From positions 372,001 through 436,000 of the forward strand of contig NIVC01000201.1 of NCBI GenBank assembly GCA_002269645.1: 64,000 nucleotides of DNA, in the 5' to 3' direction. The translations under genes and the position numbers were made by a program. The notes beneath the pieces are model-generated. The model saw only the letters and a program-made list of their open reading frames with translations. It did no database searches and was not told where the DNA came from. Shown in pieces: positions 34,901-64,000 of the stretch. The DNA is from Macrostomum lignano (Eukaryota). Each line of letters begins with the position of its first letter. Position 1 is the stretch's first letter.

Positions 34901-35809
34901 TCTCCCAGAGATCCCAAAAGTCAGATCCCAGAAGCTTAGCTTGTACACATATTCCCTGCCATACTAAGATTCCAAAATCCAAATCCAACTACCATTATTC
35001 AACCTCTAAATTTTAAGCCTTTAAAACTTTAAGCCTCGTAACTTTAATACGATCACAGCAAACAGCCTCAGAGAAATGTTTTCCCACAAAGCAAGACGCG
35101 AAAGCCTCACAACAGTGGAATCCATGATAAGCTGTTTATTATAATCAAAATTTATTTCTATATATCCGTCAGAATATGGTGACGCAAAAACAGCACATTT
35201 GTTATTAATTTTCAGAATAATAAATTCTGTCATGTAGTTCATGTCTGAGCAATAAAAATAAGTATTAAGCTTAAGCTAAATTACAGACTTGGGCAAGTTA
35301 ACAGAATAGAGAACAACAGCAAAACACACAAACGGTAAAAGCGAAGCGCAATGCCAGGTGTGGAATATTCCTTCATCTATTTAACACAGTGCTCAGTTTA
35401 TATGCTCAGTAAGAAGCTAAGAAAGCAACGATTAAGAGATCCTCAGTGTGAACACAGAGTGCATAGTGTACTCTAAATAACTCGTAGCAAAGACAAGGAA
35501 AAGTAAGGGAAACACAGGATAATCAATAATATTTATGATTGTTGATTCTTGGGCTGCTTTTGATGCGGTGTGCCAGGTAAATTATTAGCAAAAGTTAAAT
35601 AAATTGTCTTGTGCAGCAAGTGGCCCTTCGAAATGACTCGAAAAATGGTTTTTACGAAATAAATGAAATTTTGTGGGCCGATTGACAAATTCTCACTGCA
35701 CTGGCAGAGCAACAGCAATAATTTATACTACTCATGAGTAGCTATAGTATTAGAAATGTGCAGCCGCGTCCGTTTGTTAAACAGTCCTTTGTTTACTTGG
35801 CTTTCTTGC

Positions 35810-36436
35810 TCTGATACCCGTACAGACTTGCTCTGATACCCGTACAGACTCACTCTGATACCAGTACAGACTCACTCTGATACCAGTACAGACTCACTCT
35901 GATACCAGTACAGACTCACTCTGATACCAGTACAGACTCACTCTGATACCAGTACAGACTCACTCTGATACCAGTACAGACTCACTCTGGTACCCGTACA
36001 GACTCACTCTGACACCCGTACAGACTCACTCTGGTACCCGTACAGACTCACTCTGACACCCGTACAGACTCACTCTGATACCCGTACAGACTCACTCTGA
36101 TACCAGTACAGACTCACTCTGATACCAGTACAGACTCACTCTGATACCAGTACAGACTCACTCTGATACCAGTACAGACTCACTCTGGTACCCGTACAGA
36201 CTCACTCTGACACCCGTACAGACTCACTCTGATACCAGTACAGACTCACTCTGGTACCCGTACAGACTCACTCTGACACCCGTACAGACTCACTCTGATA
36301 CCAGTACAGACTCACTCTGGTACCCGTACAGACTCGCTCTGACACCCGTACAGACTCACTCTGACACCCGTACAGACTCACTCTGATACCAGTACAGACT
36401 CACTCTGGTACCCGTACAGACTCGCTCTGATATCCG
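35810..36436. repeat. Minisatellite, 22-bp unit ACTCTGATACCAGTACAGACTC, about 28 copies
   Basis: Direct inspection. Confidence 0.95.
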
Positions 36437-37033
36437 CACACTCTAAAAGAAAGATACACCCAATAAAACATATTACTAAAAGTAAAAAATAGCATTGGTA
36501 CAGTGTCGCGTGGATACAATACACTGCATTAGACACATGTTTTCACAAAAACAGTTGAAGCATTCAATGCTTGTAAATTGTAAACAAATTTAGCTAAACA
36601 GAACAGGTCATACAAAACACGGAATAAAAAACAGTTCCTCGCAGGCAGTTGTGGACAGTTCAATATCTGGATTAATTTCATGCCTGCACACGATTTGATT
36701 GTGGTGCAGTCGAACGAACAACACAGATGGAAGCAATAAGCACAGGCAGCTAATGCAATGAGCGAAGCGTATTGATCATGAAATAGTTAAAATAATACGT
36801 TACATACTACTCAGCATTGAATGTCATCAAGTCTGTAACAAAAACTATAATGAATTGGCTCAAAACAGATTGAAAAACCATCAGTAGACGGCATTTTGTT
36901 AGATTTTTAAAAAACTAATATAAGAAGAGTAGATGAAATTTCTATTTTTGGAATCGCGTTTGAATTCGTCTACTGACAGTAGCGAGCAAAGAAATGGACA
37001 ATTATCGTATATTTGACAAGATCAGTTCGGCTT

Positions 37034-64000
<26,967 letters not shown>

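Overview
Eukaryotic (metazoan) genomic DNA with very GC-rich exons and introns filled with unrelated minisatellites. This architecture and the gene content suggest a free-living flatworm such as Macrostomum (inference only). Host genes: PRORSD1 (-), a 2-exon FAAP100-like gene (-), a 6-exon selenoprotein N gene (SELENON, -), a BOK-like Bcl-2 family gene (+, head-to-head with SELENON), AAGAB (-), and the 3' 20 exons of a spectraplakin (MACF1/dystonin/shot type, -) running off the right edge. The ORF track splits SELENON at an in-frame UGA in the SCUG motif; I also find a 14-bp SRE-like hairpin 5 nt after the UGA and a type II SECIS about 1.6 kb past the stop. The most striking non-genic element is at 1-1180: a tandem array of apparently identical 390-bp units. 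Each unit carries a type I hammerhead ribozyme with a palindromic (dimer-dependent) stem III, bracketed by Pol III A/B-box-like motifs and a T4 run, so it is a retrozyme/circRNA-type element. The AT-rich, CpG-poor block at about 8-20 kb is strongly enriched for TAGGCCTA. It holds decayed exon-like segments, a hAT-type MITE that has captured the 28S rRNA helix-69/R2-site sequence, and two related solo-LTR-like elements. All coordinates, alignments and counts were done by eye; no searches were run.
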